Below are positions 1 through 13,366 of a stretch of DNA of 64,000 nt, piece after piece. The notes under the pieces are model-generated. The model saw nothing but the letters and a program-made list of their open reading frames with translations. It was not told the origin of the DNA and ran no database searches. The first letter of the stretch is position 1. The number at the start of each line of letters is the position of its first letter. Source of the DNA: Mobula hypostoma (Eukaryota); the NCBI RefSeq assembly GCF_963921235.1, contig NC_086108.1, positions 18,848,001-18,912,000 of the forward strand, written 5' to 3'. The position numbers and the translations under genes were made by a program.

Positions 1-1236
1 TACAAGTGGAAGGGCTGCAACCTCCACCAACACTTCAATTGTCTGGGAATGTAGCTGAGAACTGGAGAAAATTTAAACAGGGTTTTGAATTGTTTTTATT
101 GGCGGTCGAAGCTGATGAAAAACCGGAAAAAATGAAAGTTGCGCCATGTAATAGGTGACAACGCAATTGAGGTATATAATCACTTTATTTTTGAAAATGG
201 AGATAATTTAAAGCTGGAATCCATAATGGACAAATTTGAAGCATTTTGTATACCGAAGTGTAATGTGACGTATGAAAAGCACAAATTTTTTACATGTGCG
301 CAGAGATCTGCTGAAACAATTGATCAATATGTTACTGAATTGAGACATCGGAGTAAAACATGTGAGTTTGCAGAACTGACAGACTCTCTCATTAAAGACA
401 GAATTGATTATGGCATTCGGGATAATGGTTTGAGAGAAAGACTGTTATGAGAACAAGACTTAGATTCGGAAAAAGCTTTGATGCTCTGCAAAGCTTTGGA
501 AACCACGATGTCGCAGGCTACAGAACTTTTCATTGAAAGCTACAACATAGATGCTGTAAAAAAACGCAAACATATTAGAAAAAATAATAAAATGACAACA
601 AAACCGACAGAAAGCAAGACGTTATCTGAGAGAAAAAAGCTATGTGATCGCTGTAGGCGGTAGCATCAGCCAAAATAGTGTCCAGCGTATGGGAAAATGT
701 GCAACGACTGTGGTAAGAGTTACCATTTTTCACGCTGTTGCAGAAATAGAAAGAATATAAAACAAGTAAATGCAGTGCTTGAAAATGAACTTGAGGAGTT
801 TTATATAGATGTGTTTTGTGAAAACAAAGTAGGAATGACTGGACTATTCCATTGCAAGTGAACCAAAACAATATTCTGTTTAAACTTGATACTGGAGCAC
901 AAGTAAATGTTCTTGCAGAATCTGAGTTTAATGCATTAAAGCCAAGACCAAAGTTACAAAAGACAAATATAAAAGTGGCTGGGTATTCAGGTGCAGACAT
1001 TCCAGTTAAAGGAACATGTGTGGCAAAAGTATCACACAAAAATATTGTGCACACGCTTTCATTTGTGGGGGTGCCAAAGAATGCACAGTCAATACTGGGT
1101 CTATCTGCCTGTGAGAGACTGAATTTGGTGAAAAGAGTAGTAGTCCTGGTCAGTGACACAGAGTCAGAATACAATGACAGAATGGAATGGCTTGAAGTCA
1201 TAAAGAAAGCTCCCAGACCCATCCCTTCATCACCAG

Positions 1237-1345
1237 TGTTATGAGAAACGCAGGCTCGTACTGTGAGTGTTACTTTAAGAGCGCCTGAGTGAGGTGGGAC
1301 AATGACATTAGTCACAGGCTGTGGCAGCCTGCTGTGGACTTAAAC

Positions 1346-1381
<36 letters not shown>

Positions 1382-1978
1382 GACAAGCTGTTAGAACTTC
1401 AGCTTGTCACTGCTATGGTGACCAAATAGTTGGGTTGATTATCGGCACGTAGTGCACAAACGATGTGTGACTGTCACTTAATCCATATGTGTGGATTTGT
1501 TGGAGTATCCTGTGGTACCACTTTTGTTGGCCCTTTACCTGGAATCGGGGTGTGGTGGTAACCACTTGAAGACAATACTCCTGTGACGGTCACCTGGTGA
1601 TATTTCTAAGTGGATTTCGGAACAGCTCGACAGACAGGATCTTCGATGACGGTTATTTCATTTACCCAGAGGGAATTCGTGGAATTCCCTCATAATCGCC
1701 TACTCTCTCCATTATATCCTGGATTACAAATCTCTCCCGTCACTCATTTATTTCGTGGATTACTGAATTTTATTAACTTGCCATCTTAAGACTTTAAGAA
1801 TTGTTCCCAAACTTGATAGTTTGGGAGCTACATATACACACACATATATATGCATAACACTGTTAACTTCTGTTTACTTTGTTTAAGTTACTATATTTTA
1901 AGTAGATACTAATAAAGATAGTGGTTTTAACATTAAAACCTAACTCAGTGTACAATCTATTGCTGCTGGTACGTAACA
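1237..1978 (+). mobile_element. Solo LTR inserted in the Gypsy element
   Basis: Termini TGTTA...TAACA; 4-bp direct repeat CCAG on both sides (1233-1236, 1979-1982); AATAAA at 1911; internal (GA)n tract. Confidence 0.85.
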
Positions 1979-2710
1979 CCAGCATCTGACAAAGCATTGC
2001 CACCAAAACCAGGAGTTGCAATTTTGCCCTCTGGAAGTAACGCACATGCATCAAGGGGCCATGCATTCCGTCACAATCTCACCTCTGCAGGAGGACAGAG
2101 GCAAACTTGCCGGTACAGTACAACACTAATGTACAAAGCAAAAGATAGTGGAGGTGATTTTTATAAAGCTTTGTTAGCCTATCTCAGTACTCTACTTGAA
2201 TGTGGATTTTCACCTACTCAGCTCTTGATGGGACGCCATTTGAGATCCAATCTGCCAATAGATGAGAGCCTTCTGAGAACAGAGGGAGGTGAACAAGTGG
2301 AAAGATGGAAAGATGAACACAAAGCCAAGCAGAAAACATACTTTGACAGATGTTCTCGTCCATTACCTGAACTGCACCAAGGAGATGAAGTAAGGATACA
2401 AGACAAAATGAACACATGGACAGAGAAAGCTACAGTACTTGACCCAGATCATACATGGTCCGAACAGAAGAAGGAGCAGTGTTAAAAAGAAATTGCAAAG
2501 ACCTCAAGAAAGAGCCAACTTCAGAGTTTCAGTTAACTGGTGCAGACCAGACAAAACATGGAAATAACAATGAAACACAAGAACTGTGTGAACCACTTAG
2601 AAAGACTACTCGTGTTTGTAAACCCCCAGAGAGACTGATAGAGACATGTTAAATTATGCATTTGCTTTGGGCAATGTTGCTAATTGTTTTTCTTTTTAAG
2701 GAAAGGAAGA

Positions 2711-2900
2711 TGTGGTGATATGACGTGTCAGAACGTGATTGGAAAGAGTTCTGAGCATGAGCAGAAATGTTAGAATGATCTGGAACATGGCTTGGTAAAA
2801 ACATGGTTTGGTTTTGTTGCTGTAAATAAAAGTTCTAATTCTTCCAGAATATGATTCTTTATTGTTAACCCACAGTACGTATAAAAATAAGAACACAACA
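2711..2900 (+). repeat. 3' LTR of the Gypsy element
   Basis: Follows the PPT, has TG...CA ends and AATAAA near 2825; CR1-like sequence resumes at 2901. Confidence 0.75.
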
Positions 2901-3330
2901 GGAAGGATGTGGAGGCTTTGGAAGGGGAGCAGAATAGGTTTACCAGGATACTGCCTGGAGTAGAGGGCATGTACTATGAGGAGAGGATGGAGATTCTTGG
3001 GTTGTTTCCTCTGAGGCAGCAGAGGATGAGGGGAGATTATGAGAAGTATAGATAAGGTAGACAGTCAGAGTAGAAATGTCTAATATAGAACACATGTATT
3101 TTAAGGTGAAAGGGGAAACTTCAAAGGAGGTGTGTAAGGCAAGGTTTTTTTTACACATGGCGTGATGGGTGCTTGGAAAATCCGGCGGGGTGGTGGCAGA
3201 AGCAGATGCAATAGAAGCACAGATAGGAATATGAATATTCAGGGAATAGTGGAATATGGATCATAAACAAAGAGAAGGAATTTAATTTAATTCAATATAG
3301 TGTCAGCAAAAATATTGTGGGCTGAAACCC
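2901..3330 (+). mobile_element. CR1 LINE 3' fragment (old)
   Basis: Degenerate match to the RT C-terminus/3'UTR seen in other CR1 copies here (GGAAGGATGTGGAGGCTTTGGA...AGGTTTACCAGGAT). Confidence 0.7.
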
Positions 3331-3604
3331 TTTGATAAAGTTCTCAGTAGAGAAAGATCACCCTACATCCATGGCTCACCTCTGTAGGTTCCCAAACATA
3401 ATCATTATCACAACCAATAAGCAATATGAAGACAATTGACAAGCAGGCACTTTGGTGCCAGGTCTGTGCAGGGTATCCCAATCCATCCTCAACCCTTTGT
3501 GATAATGTGGGTGTAGCCATTGCCTGCCCTACAGTAGAGCACCAGGATGAGGAGAAGGGAAGAAGATCTATGCATGTGTGTTAGTGGGAAGAATTTGAGG
3601 GGAT

Positions 3605-3689
3605 GCCTGGTTGTGTGCAAGTATGCAAGCATCTGCATGTGAGTATGTGTATGTACATACATGCCTGTGTGTGTGTGTTTATCTGTGTA

Positions 3690-3727
<38 letters not shown>

Positions 3728-3949
3728 CACGTGCGTGTGTTTATGTGTGTACAGTGTATGTGTGTGTGGGTGTGGGTGTATATGTGTATGTGTGTAATGT
3801 GTGTGAGTGTATGTATGTGTGTGTATACAGTATTTGTGTTTATATAGTATGTGTGTGTGTATAGTACGTGTGTGTGTATGTGTGTGTACAGTATTTTTGT
3901 GTGTGTGTATAGTGCATGTGAGTGTGTCAGTGTGTGTGTATGTGCGCAC

Positions 3950-3985
<36 letters not shown>
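3605..3985. repeat. Imperfect (TG)n/(TGTA)n microsatellite
   Basis: Directly visible dinucleotide run. Confidence 0.97.
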
Positions 3986-5679
3986 ATAAGATGTGTACAT
4001 CTTAGAGAGACAGAGAGAGTGGAATCTGAATGCTCTGCTCTTTGTCAGTCTCTAGGAACACATCCCAAAGCCCCAGTAAACCTGTCAGCTGCAGCACACA
4101 CAGTGTGTCAGATGAACTCAGATTAAGCCGAACCTGATCCCACCTCACTTGCCCTTCCATCCAAGACAATGGTATTGCAGGTTAGCATGCTGGCTGATTG
4201 CCCATGTCAGACAGGCCTTGCTCCCTGATATCAGGATCTCCTGTACAATGAGCCGTTGTCCTGCTCACATATCTGGTTTCAGGTGGTGAGCTGGCAGAGT
4301 CCCAGATATTGCTGCTCAGGACCAAAGCTCATTGAATGAAGATACTTGTTGACAGTCGTATCGAAATAAGAGAAGCAAGCTCACTTGCCCTTGGGCTCCA
4401 GGCTCTTGGTAAGCAGTCAAGCTGATGGTGCTGATTTAACATACCAGCCCTGGGCTACTTCGGATACAATGACACAAAGCTGCCTGGAATTCTGTAATGT
4501 CATGGATGCCCTAATTACCACTTGAAGTACGGGTGTGTGTTCAGCAAGTTGAAAGGTAAGTAACGGAGGACTGCATCTCGATTGCTGTCACTACACAGAT
4601 CTGACTGGTGTGAGGGGACAGTACTCATATCCAACACTGTTAGGTGTCTTCCTATCTTTTGCCAGGGAGAGCCTCAAGGTATCCATCTGCCTGGTGCACA
4701 TCAATCCCCCATGCTTCTCTCTCCCCCATTCTCTTTTTTTCTTTCTCACCACCTCTTTCTCCTTCTCACACATCTCCACTCTCGCACCCTCTTCATTTTC
4801 TATATCTCTTATTTTCTCCCCATCACTCTCTCCTACTCTCGCCCCTTCTCCCTTTTATCTTCTCTCTGACAATCCCACTTTCTTTCCTTTCCCCCCTCTT
4901 TCTCTCTCTCATTCTCCATTAATATTTTCATCCATTAATGACAGTTGTCCTTTTTCCTTTTTACACTCTCCTCACACTTCCTTTCCTTCTTACACACACA
5001 CCCCTCATAGCTCAAGAATCAACCTATTCCTTTAGTTTCTGCCAGCCCCTGTCCCATTGACAAAGGTCTGCCTGTAGACAGATAGTGTTTTCCCAAGTTA
5101 CCACAAGAATCTACTTCAAATCTATCTGACAATAAAACAGAAAATGTTCAAGGTACTCAACATGTCTACATTTACTGATGCAGAATTATTGATCTGAAAT
5201 GTTCCTTTCTTTCTCTCTCTGTAGATGCCAGCTTATGTGTTGAGTATCTCTTACAGTCTCTATTTTGATTTCAGACGTCCAGCATGTCTACTACATTCAA
5301 AAGTCGTTCATTGGTGTGAGTGAACCTTGGGTATCAATCTCAGTTTTTTCACCCCTAGTCCATTGTTTTGAGTGCAGTGGTGAACAATTGCATGAGAATG
5401 CCAGGTCTTTCCTTCAGCGTTGTCTGTGGAGGCTGTACTGCAAGTAGCCCTGTGGATAGGGGAAAACTAAAATGTTCACAGACTTTTGCAGGCCAAGTTT
5501 TTATGTGGTCTCTCTGTGGAACCCCCTCAATGATGTCCATCTCACATCTCCACTGATGATTTTGTACCTTCCAGCAGATTGTGTGTTGCTCCAGATTCCA
5601 GTATCTGCTAGCTCTTGGGTCTAGTGGGGAAGATTATTAAACAATTTAGCAGTTTGTAAGCCAGTTGGTAATGTGGGTA

Positions 5680-7912
5680 GAGAAATGGCATCAAAGGATA
5701 TACTTTGTATTGAAAGGACAGGCAGGAAGGCATAGGCGATGGCGTGGCTCTGTTGGTAAGAGATGGAATTACATCTTTAGAAAGAAGTGACATAGAATGT
5801 TGAACCTTTGTGGGTAGGGTTAAGAAACTGCAGAGGTAAAAAAAAACCATTATGGGAATCATATATAGGCCTCCAAGTAGCAGCCAAGATGTTGGGTTGA
5901 GATTGCAAAGAGAGCTGGAAAAGGCATATAATAAGTGTAATGTCACAATTGTAATGGGGGACTTCAACATGCAAGGGGATTGGGAAAATTAGGTTGGTGT
6001 TGGATCGCAAGAGAGGGAATTTGGGGAATGCATACCAAATGGCTTTTTAGGGCAGCTTATGCTTGATCCTACTCAGGGAAAGGCTATCTTAGATTGGGTG
6101 TTGTGTAATAACTCAGATCTTATTAGGGAGTTTAATGTAAAGGAACCCTTAGGAGGCAGTGATCATAATATTATTGAATTTGAGAGGGAAAAGCAAAAAT
6201 CACATGTATCAGTATCACAATAGAATAAAGGGAATTACAGAGGCATGAGAGAAGAGCTTGCCTAGGTGGATTGGAGGAGGATACTGGTGGGGATGACTGA
6301 AGTAGAGATGGCTGAAGTTTCTGGGAATAGTTCACAGGCGCAGGATAAATATGTCCCACAGAGGAAGAAGTTCTCAAATGGGAGGTGCAGGCAATTGTAG
6401 CCGACAAAGGAAGTTAAGGACTAAATAAAAGCTGAGGAAAGGGCATATAAGGGAGCAAAAGTAAGTCGGAAGTTGGATGATTGGGAAGCTTTTAAAATCC
6501 AACAAAAGGCAACTAAAAAAGCTATAAAAAGGGAAAAGATGAAATATGAGGGCAAACCAGCCAATAATATAAGGCAAGATACCAAAAGTTTTTTCAGTTA
6601 TATAAAGAGTAAAAGGGAGGTGAGAGTTAATATTGGACCACTGGAAAATGATACTGGTGAGATAGTAATGGGGGACAAAGAAATGACTGATGAACTAAAT
6701 AAATACTTTGCATCATTCTTCACAGTGGAAGACACAAACAGTGTCTGGGAGTGTCAAGGAGTGCCATTGCTATTACAAAGGGAAAAAAAGTGCTAGACAA
6801 ACTGAAAGGTCTCAATCGACCATCAGCCATCTGGACCAGATGAACTATATCCCAGAGTCCTGACAGAGGTTGCTGAAGAAATAACGGATGCATTGATCAT
6901 GATCTTTCAAGAATCACTTGATTCTAGCATGACCCCAGAGGAATGGAAGATTGCAAATTTCACTGCACCTTTTCAGAAGGGAGGAAGGCAAAGAAAGGAA
7001 ATTATAGGCCAGTTAGCCCAACCTCAGTGGTTAGGAAAGTGTTGAAGACTATTATTAAGGATGAGAGTTTGGGGTACTTGGAGACTAATGATAAAATAAG
7101 TCAAAGTCAGCATGGTTTCTGTAAAGGGAAATTTTGTCTGACAAATCTTTTAGAGTTCTTCAAGGAAGTAACAAGCAGGGTGGACAAAGAGGAGGCAGTG
7201 GATATCATTTACTTGGAGTCCTCGTGCAAGACTCCCAGAAGGTTAATTTACAGGTTGAGACTGTGGTAGAGAAAGCAAATGTAATGTTGGCATTTATTTC
7301 AAGGGGAATAGAATATAAAAGCAAGGAGATAATACAGAGCATTTATAAGACACTAGTCAGGCTGCACTTGGAGTATTGTCAACAGTATTGGGCCTCCATA
7401 TCTCAGAAAGGATGTGTTGTCATTGGAGAGGGTTCAGAGGAGGTTCACAAGGATGATTCCAGGAATGAAGAGGTTAACATATGAGGAGCGTTTGGTAGCT
7501 TTGGACCTGCACTCATTGGAATTTAGAAGAATGTGGGGAGATCTCAATGAAACCACAGAATATTGAAAGAACTAGGTAGCGTGGATGTGGAGAGGACGTT
7601 TCCTCTAGTGGGAACACAACCTCAAAATTGAGAGTGACCTTTTAGAACAGAAGTAAGGAGGAATTTTTTTATCCAGAGAGCAGTAAATCTGTGGAATTCT
7701 CTGCCACAGACTGCGGTGGAGGTCAAGTCCGTGGGGATATTTAAGGTGGAAATTCATCATTTCCTGATCGGTCAGGGCATCAAAGTATATGGCAAGAAAG
7801 CAGGTGTATAGAGTTGAGTGGGATCCAGGATCAGCCATGATAGAATGGCGGAGCAGACTCGATGGGCTGAATGGCCTAATTCTGCCCCTATGTCTTATGG
7901 TCTTATGGTCTT
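5680..7912 (+). mobile_element. CR1 LINE ORF2 (APE endonuclease + RT), degenerate, internal deletion near 7213
   Basis: IYRPP, MGDFN, SDHN, NYRPVS, QHGF, CLTNLLEFF motifs; jumps from VDIIYL to GVLVQDS; tail TCTTATGGTCTTATGGTCTT. Confidence 0.9.
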
Positions 7913-7924
7913 GTGTAGTGCTTA

Positions 7925-8700
7925 ATCTGGATGTGGGAGGTGTTGCACTCTGGGAGGTCAAATTAAGAGGAAAATATATAGTAATCAACAGAACCCCAAG
8001 GAACATTAATGTACAGTGGGAGGTTGGGGTGCATCACTTCCTAAAAATGGCCACACAATTGGATAAAGTGGTAAAGGAGGCATCATTCATATTGGTTTTC
8101 AACAGTCAGTGAATTAAATATAAAAGTTGGCAAGTCATGTCATGGCTTTTGTTTGGCTATATTTGGAGGTTTGTGTGCAGTCTGGTCACTGCATTAGAGG
8201 AAGGATGTGGAGGCTTAGAGAGGGTACAAAAAAGTTTACTCGGATGTTGGCTGGATTTGAGTGTATTAGCTGTAAGGAGAGGTGGAACCAATTTAGATTG
8301 CTCTCTCTGGAGTGCGAGATAAAGACTGAGAGGTGCCCTTAGATAAAATTATGTGAATCATAAATAGGTTATATAGTCACTGACTTTTTCCAAGAGTGGT
8401 AATGTAAAATACCAGAGGGTATAGCTTAAAGATAGGGAGAGGCACGGAAGTTTAGAGGAGATTTACTTTACAAATTTTTAATTCAGAGAATGGTACGTGC
8501 CTAGAAAACAGTGGAAGCAAATACAATAGGAATGTCTTACGATGCATTTAGACAAACATGAACAGGCAGAGAAAGAAGGGATGTGGATCATGAGCTAGCA
8601 GATGGGGTTAGTTTAAATTGGCATCACGGACAGCACAGGCTTTGTAGCCTGAAAGACCTGTTCCTGTGCTGTACGGTCTGGGTTCCATATTCCATGTTCT
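7925..8700 (+). mobile_element. CR1 LINE 3' fragment (old)
   Basis: Degenerate RT C-terminus (QLDKVVKEA, LERVQK) and 3'UTR motif CCTGTTCCTGTGCTGTAC. Confidence 0.75.
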
Positions 8701-9109
8701 GCATTGTACTTTCTATGTTCACCGTTCTCGTATGGGCACCAATGAACAAGTCTTTTAAACGACTACATGTGCAGTAGTGATTGGAGCCTAGTAGCTACTC
8801 CTAGTGAAGGGGATGGTTCACTGGGTCATGGAAACTCAGACAGCCTGCAACTGAACTATGAACTCCACATGATGAGGCAGAATAAGCACCTCATCAGCAC
8901 ATTGTGTGTTGAAGTAATGATCTGGATTTGTGGCCATTCAATATAGTGTACCTTAGATCACTGTTATGTATGCTGGGAACAACTATGAGCATCATCACTC
9001 ATAAACAGAACTCAGAAAATTTACTGTCTCCAGGTGCTGAGTGACCTACTGAGCAATTCCAGAATTTACAGCCATTGTTGAAAGTTGGATCATGTCCTAC
9101 GGGGTAATC

Positions 9110-9905
9110 TCTGGAGATTCCTCAACATCGCAGATCAGCTTTGCACATTTTTAGGATGTGAGAGAAATTAGAATCCCTTGCCATCACAGTGAGAATGTGC
9201 AAACTCCACTCCGACAGTGCCCAAGGTCGGGATTGAACCAGGGTCTCTGGCGCTGGAAGCAGATGTGCCACTGTGTCATTCTCTAACAGCCGCCTTTTAA
9301 TGTGAGGGATGTAAACGTATTTTATTTATTTAGCAATACAGTGAGGAGTTGGCCCTTCTGGCCCTTGGAGCCACATCGCTGCAACAACCCCTGACAAACC
9401 TGTTTAAACCAGAGGAAATGGGTTTAGGGTGAGGGGGGAAAAATTTAAAGGGAACATTAGGGGGGGCTTCTTCACACAGAGAGTGGTGGGAGTATGGAAT
9501 GAGCTGCCAGACGAGGTGGTAAATCTGGGTTCTTTTTTAACATTTAAGAATAAATTGGACAGATACATGGATGGGAGGTGTATGGAGGGATATGGTCCGT
9601 GTGCAGGTCAGTGGGACTAGGCAGAAAATGGTTCAGCACAGCCAAGAAGGGCCAAAAGGCCTGTTTCTGTGCTGTAGTTTCTATGGTTTCTATGGTTTTT
9701 TCTAACCCTGACCGAATCACAGTACAATTTACAATGACCAATGAACTGTGGGAGGAAACACAGCACCTGGAGAAAACCTACACATTCCACAGGGAAGATG
9801 TGCAGAGATTCATTATAAACAGCACCATAATTGAACTCTGAACTTGAGAACATCCGAAGCTGTAATAGCATCGCACTAACTGCTACACTACCATGGTGCC
9901 CAAGT
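9110..9905 (-). mobile_element. tRNA-derived SINE copies (HE1/V-SINE-like), the second interrupted by a plus-strand CR1 3' end (~9410-9702)
   Basis: GAGAATGTGCAAACTCCAC..GACAG...GGGATTGAACC core typical of elasmobranch V-SINEs; nested CR1 3' end (FFTQRVVGVWNELP, tail TTTCTATGG repeats). Confidence 0.7.
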
Positions 9906-10607
9906 TTGGAATATGGACTTCCTGAACCAGGGGAGCTGAGGAAGCTGAGCAGTTGTATATATTCGAGAGACATTTACTGTGGAGAGGGGAAGTCAGCACC
10001 AGCACCTAACCAAAATAAACTGTAATTTAAAACTGCCTTGGTTGCCTAGACAAGACAGAAGACAGTTTGTCTTTCAATCAAACATTTCACGGCCCTGAGG
10101 TGTCCTAAGGCACTTTATAGATGTGCAGTACAGATATAAAGAGAAGATCTCACAGCAAAAATGAGATGCAATTAAGTAGTTGGTTTGAGGCTTTGAAAAT
10201 CAAAGACTGCAGATCCTTTTACCCAACCCATTTCTCCCAACTGTAAAATCAACGTTTCCTCTCTTTTTCAGTTGTGATGGAGAGTCTTCAACTTGAAATA
10301 TTGACTCCACAAACACTGCCTGGTCCAAGGGATGCTTCTGGCATTCTGGAGTTTGAGTGATGTTGGGCTAACTTTCAGCTAGTAGAGACGGGCATTTCAC
10401 AGTGTCAAGGGAAGCCTTGAGTAATAAAAAAATTGACTGGAATGTGGAGAGAATGTTACAGAGAAGTGAGGGAATAAGAACGGCCTGTGAGCGGCCACAG
10501 ACGCAATGAGCTCATTGCTTCTGTCACTGTTTTAAGACAATATGGAAGTTGTCAAGGATTTGATGTAGGAAATGTATTGATAATTTGGGTAATAATATTA
10601 TTATTGA

Positions 10608-11910
10608 TAATAATAGACAGGGTCTGATTAGGAACAGTCAACATGGATTTGTGCATGGAAGGTCATGTTTGACAAATCTTATTGAATTTTTTGATGAGGT
10701 TACTAGGAAAGTTGACAAGGGTAAAGCGGTGGATGTGGACTTCAGTAAGGCCTTTGACAAGGTTCCACATGGAAGGTTCGTTAGGAAGGTTCAATCATTA
10801 GACATTAATATCAAAGTAGTAAAATAGATTCAGCAGTGGCTGGATGGGAGATGCCAGAGAGTAGTGGTCAGATTGTGTGTCAGATTGGAGGAGGGTGTGT
10901 AGCGGTGTGCCTCAGGGATCTGTATGGGGTCCAATGTTATTTGTCATATATGTTAATGATCTGGATGATGGGTTGGTAAATTGGATTAGTAAGTATGCAG
11001 ATGATACTAAGATAGGTGGCGTTCTGGATAATGAAGTAGGTTTTCAAAGCTTGCAAAGAGATTTAGGCCAGTTAGAAGAGTGGGCTGAAAGATGGCAGAT
11101 GCTGAAAAATGTGAGGCGCTACATTTTGGTAGGACTAATCAAAATAGGACATATATGGTAAATGGTAGGGCATTGAAAAATGCTGTAGAACAGAGGGATC
11201 TAGTAATAATAGTGCATAGTTCCCTGAAGGTGGAATCTCATGTGGATAGGGTGGTGAAGAAAGCTTTTTATATGCTGGCCTTTATTAATCAGAGCATTGA
11301 GTATAGGAGTTGGGATGTAATGTTGAAATTGTATAAGGCATTGGTAAGGCCAAATTTGGAGTATTGTGTACAGTTCTGGTTACCGAATTATAGGAAAGAT
11401 GTCAATAAATTTGAGAGAGTGCAGAGGAGATTTTACTAAAATGCTGGTTGGGTTTCATCTCCTAAATTACAGAGAAAGGTTGAACAAGTTAGGTCTTTAT
11501 TCTTTGGACCATAAGAGGTTGAGGGGGGACTTGATAGAGGTGTTTAAAATTATGAGGGGGATTGATAGAGTTGACGTGGATAGGCTTTTTCCTTTGAGAA
11601 TGGGGGAGATTCAAATAAGAGGACATGAGTTGAGAGTTAAAGGGCAAAATTTTAGGGGTAACATGAGGGGGAACTTCTTTACTCAGAGAGTGGTAGCTGT
11701 GTGGAACGAACTTCCAGCAGAAATGGTGAGGCAGGTTCGATGTTGTCATTTAAAGTTAAATTGGATAGATATATGGACAGGAAAGGAATGGAGGGTTATG
11801 GGCCGAGTGCAGGTCAGTGGGACTAGGTGAGAGTAAGAGTTCAGCACGGACTAGAAGGGACGAGATGGCCTGTTTCCGTGCTGTAATTGTTATATGGTTA
11901 TATGGTTATA
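10608..11910 (+). mobile_element. 5'-truncated CR1 LINE (RT domain), frameshifted
   Basis: QHGF, DFSKAFDKVPH, SGVPQGSV, YADDTK, FFTQRVV motifs; tail (GTTATATG)n. Confidence 0.95.
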
Positions 11911-12513
11911 ATTATTTTCTTCCCCCTCCCCCACAGAAGATTGGACCAATCAGAGAGTGAAAATGGATGATTTTCTCCAAGCAGCTTATTAGTTGCTTCT
12001 TTGTGCTAGAAACAATGAGACAATTAGAAAACTGCAATGTAATTAGGAACTGTTGCAAGTGACCAAATAACATAGCCCCTGGGTCAAAGTTCAAAGAGCA
12101 GGGACCATGGATAATGGAGAAAGGGGCATTGGTCAGGGCGAGGATGACAAAAACTGACAGGACTTTAAGGGAGACATTCCTGAACTTAGAAACGCACAGC
12201 TGAAGTTTTAGAACAGGAGAGAACAGTACTGGATCCTTTTCCAAACTGTTTTGTGACCCACAGAAAATTCCACTCCTGATTTCTCAGGAAAATGTCATTG
12301 TACTCTAGGCCCTTTTTAACTGGCATAAGATTTACCCATATGATGCTAATGATGCTGTCACCTTTAGTGGGGTTTTCAGCCTAAGATGTAATAATACTTA
12401 TTTACACACAGAGAAGCTAGGTGTTACACCACCGCAAGGCCTTACTATTTAACACTTGGTCGGGATTTAAGCTCACTGAGATTTGAGATCTTGTTCAACC
12501 TGGAACATATGCT

Positions 12514-12514
<1 letters not shown>

Positions 12515-12565
<51 letters not shown>

Positions 12566-13191
12566 TGTGTGTGTGTGTGTGAGAGTGTGTGTGTGAGTGT
12601 GTGTGTGGTGTGTCTGTGTGTGTGTGTGTATCTTTGTGTGTGTGTGTGTGTGTGAGAGTGTGTGTGTTGTGTGTGTGAGTGTGTGTATGCTGTGTGTGTG
12701 TGTCTGTGTGTGTGTGTGTGTGTGTGTGCTGTGTGTGTGAGTGTGTGTGTGTCTGTGTGTGTGTGTGTGTGTGTGCTGTGTGTGTGTGTGTGAGAGTGTG
12801 TGTGTTGTGTGTGTGTGTGTGTGCTGTGTGTGTGAGTGTGTGTGTGTGTGTGTGTGTGCTGTGTGTGTGAGTGTGTGTGTGTGTGTGTGAGTGTGTGTGT
12901 GTGTGTGTGAGTGTGTGTGTGCTGTGTGTGAGTGTGTGTGAGTGTGTGTGTGTTGTGTGTGTGTGTGTGTGCTGTGTGTGTGTGAGTGTGCTGTGTGTGT
13001 GAGTGTGTGTGTGTGTGTGTGTGTGCTGTGTGTGTGAGTGTGTGTGTGTGTGTGAGTGTGTGTGTGCTGTGTGTGTGTGTGAGTGTGTGTGTGCTGTGTG
13101 TGTGAGTGTGTGTGAGTGTGTGTGTGTGTGCTGTGTGTGTGTGTGTGCTGTGTGTGAGTGTGTGTGAGTGTGTGTGTGTGTGTGTGAGTGT

Positions 13192-13232
<41 letters not shown>

Positions 13233-13249
13233 GTGTGAGAGTGTGTGTG

Positions 13250-13284
<35 letters not shown>

Positions 13285-13322
13285 GTGTGTGAGAGTGTGT
13301 GTGTTGTGTGTGTGTGCTGTGT

Positions 13323-13364
<42 letters not shown>
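12515..13364. repeat. ~850-bp compound (TG)n array with interspersed GA/CT variants
   Basis: Directly visible. Confidence 0.98.

Positions 13365-13366
<2 letters not shown>

Larger units (their letters stand above)
1..2900 (+). mobile_element. Degenerate, internally deleted Gypsy/Ty3 LTR retrotransposon (gag, zinc knuckles, protease, integrase C-terminus, PPT, 3' LTR); 5' end outside window
   Basis: ORF pieces 139-450 (NVTYEKHKFFTCAQ..ETIDQYVTELR..CEF, gag-like); CCHC knuckles ~643-740 (CPAYGKMCNDCGKSYHFSRCC); protease LDTGAQVNV in 852-1244; integrase C-terminal ALLAYLSTLLECGFSPTQLLMGRHLRSNLP in 1997-2485; purine tract AAGGAAAGGAAGA 2698-2710 directly followed by TGTGG...CACAACA (2711-2900). 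No RT/RNaseH; several stops. Confidence 0.9.

Noticed and set aside
575..1315. Antisense ORFs over TE coding regions (also 24094-24798, 61991-62479)
   Set aside because: Shadow frames of Gypsy/CR1 ORFs.
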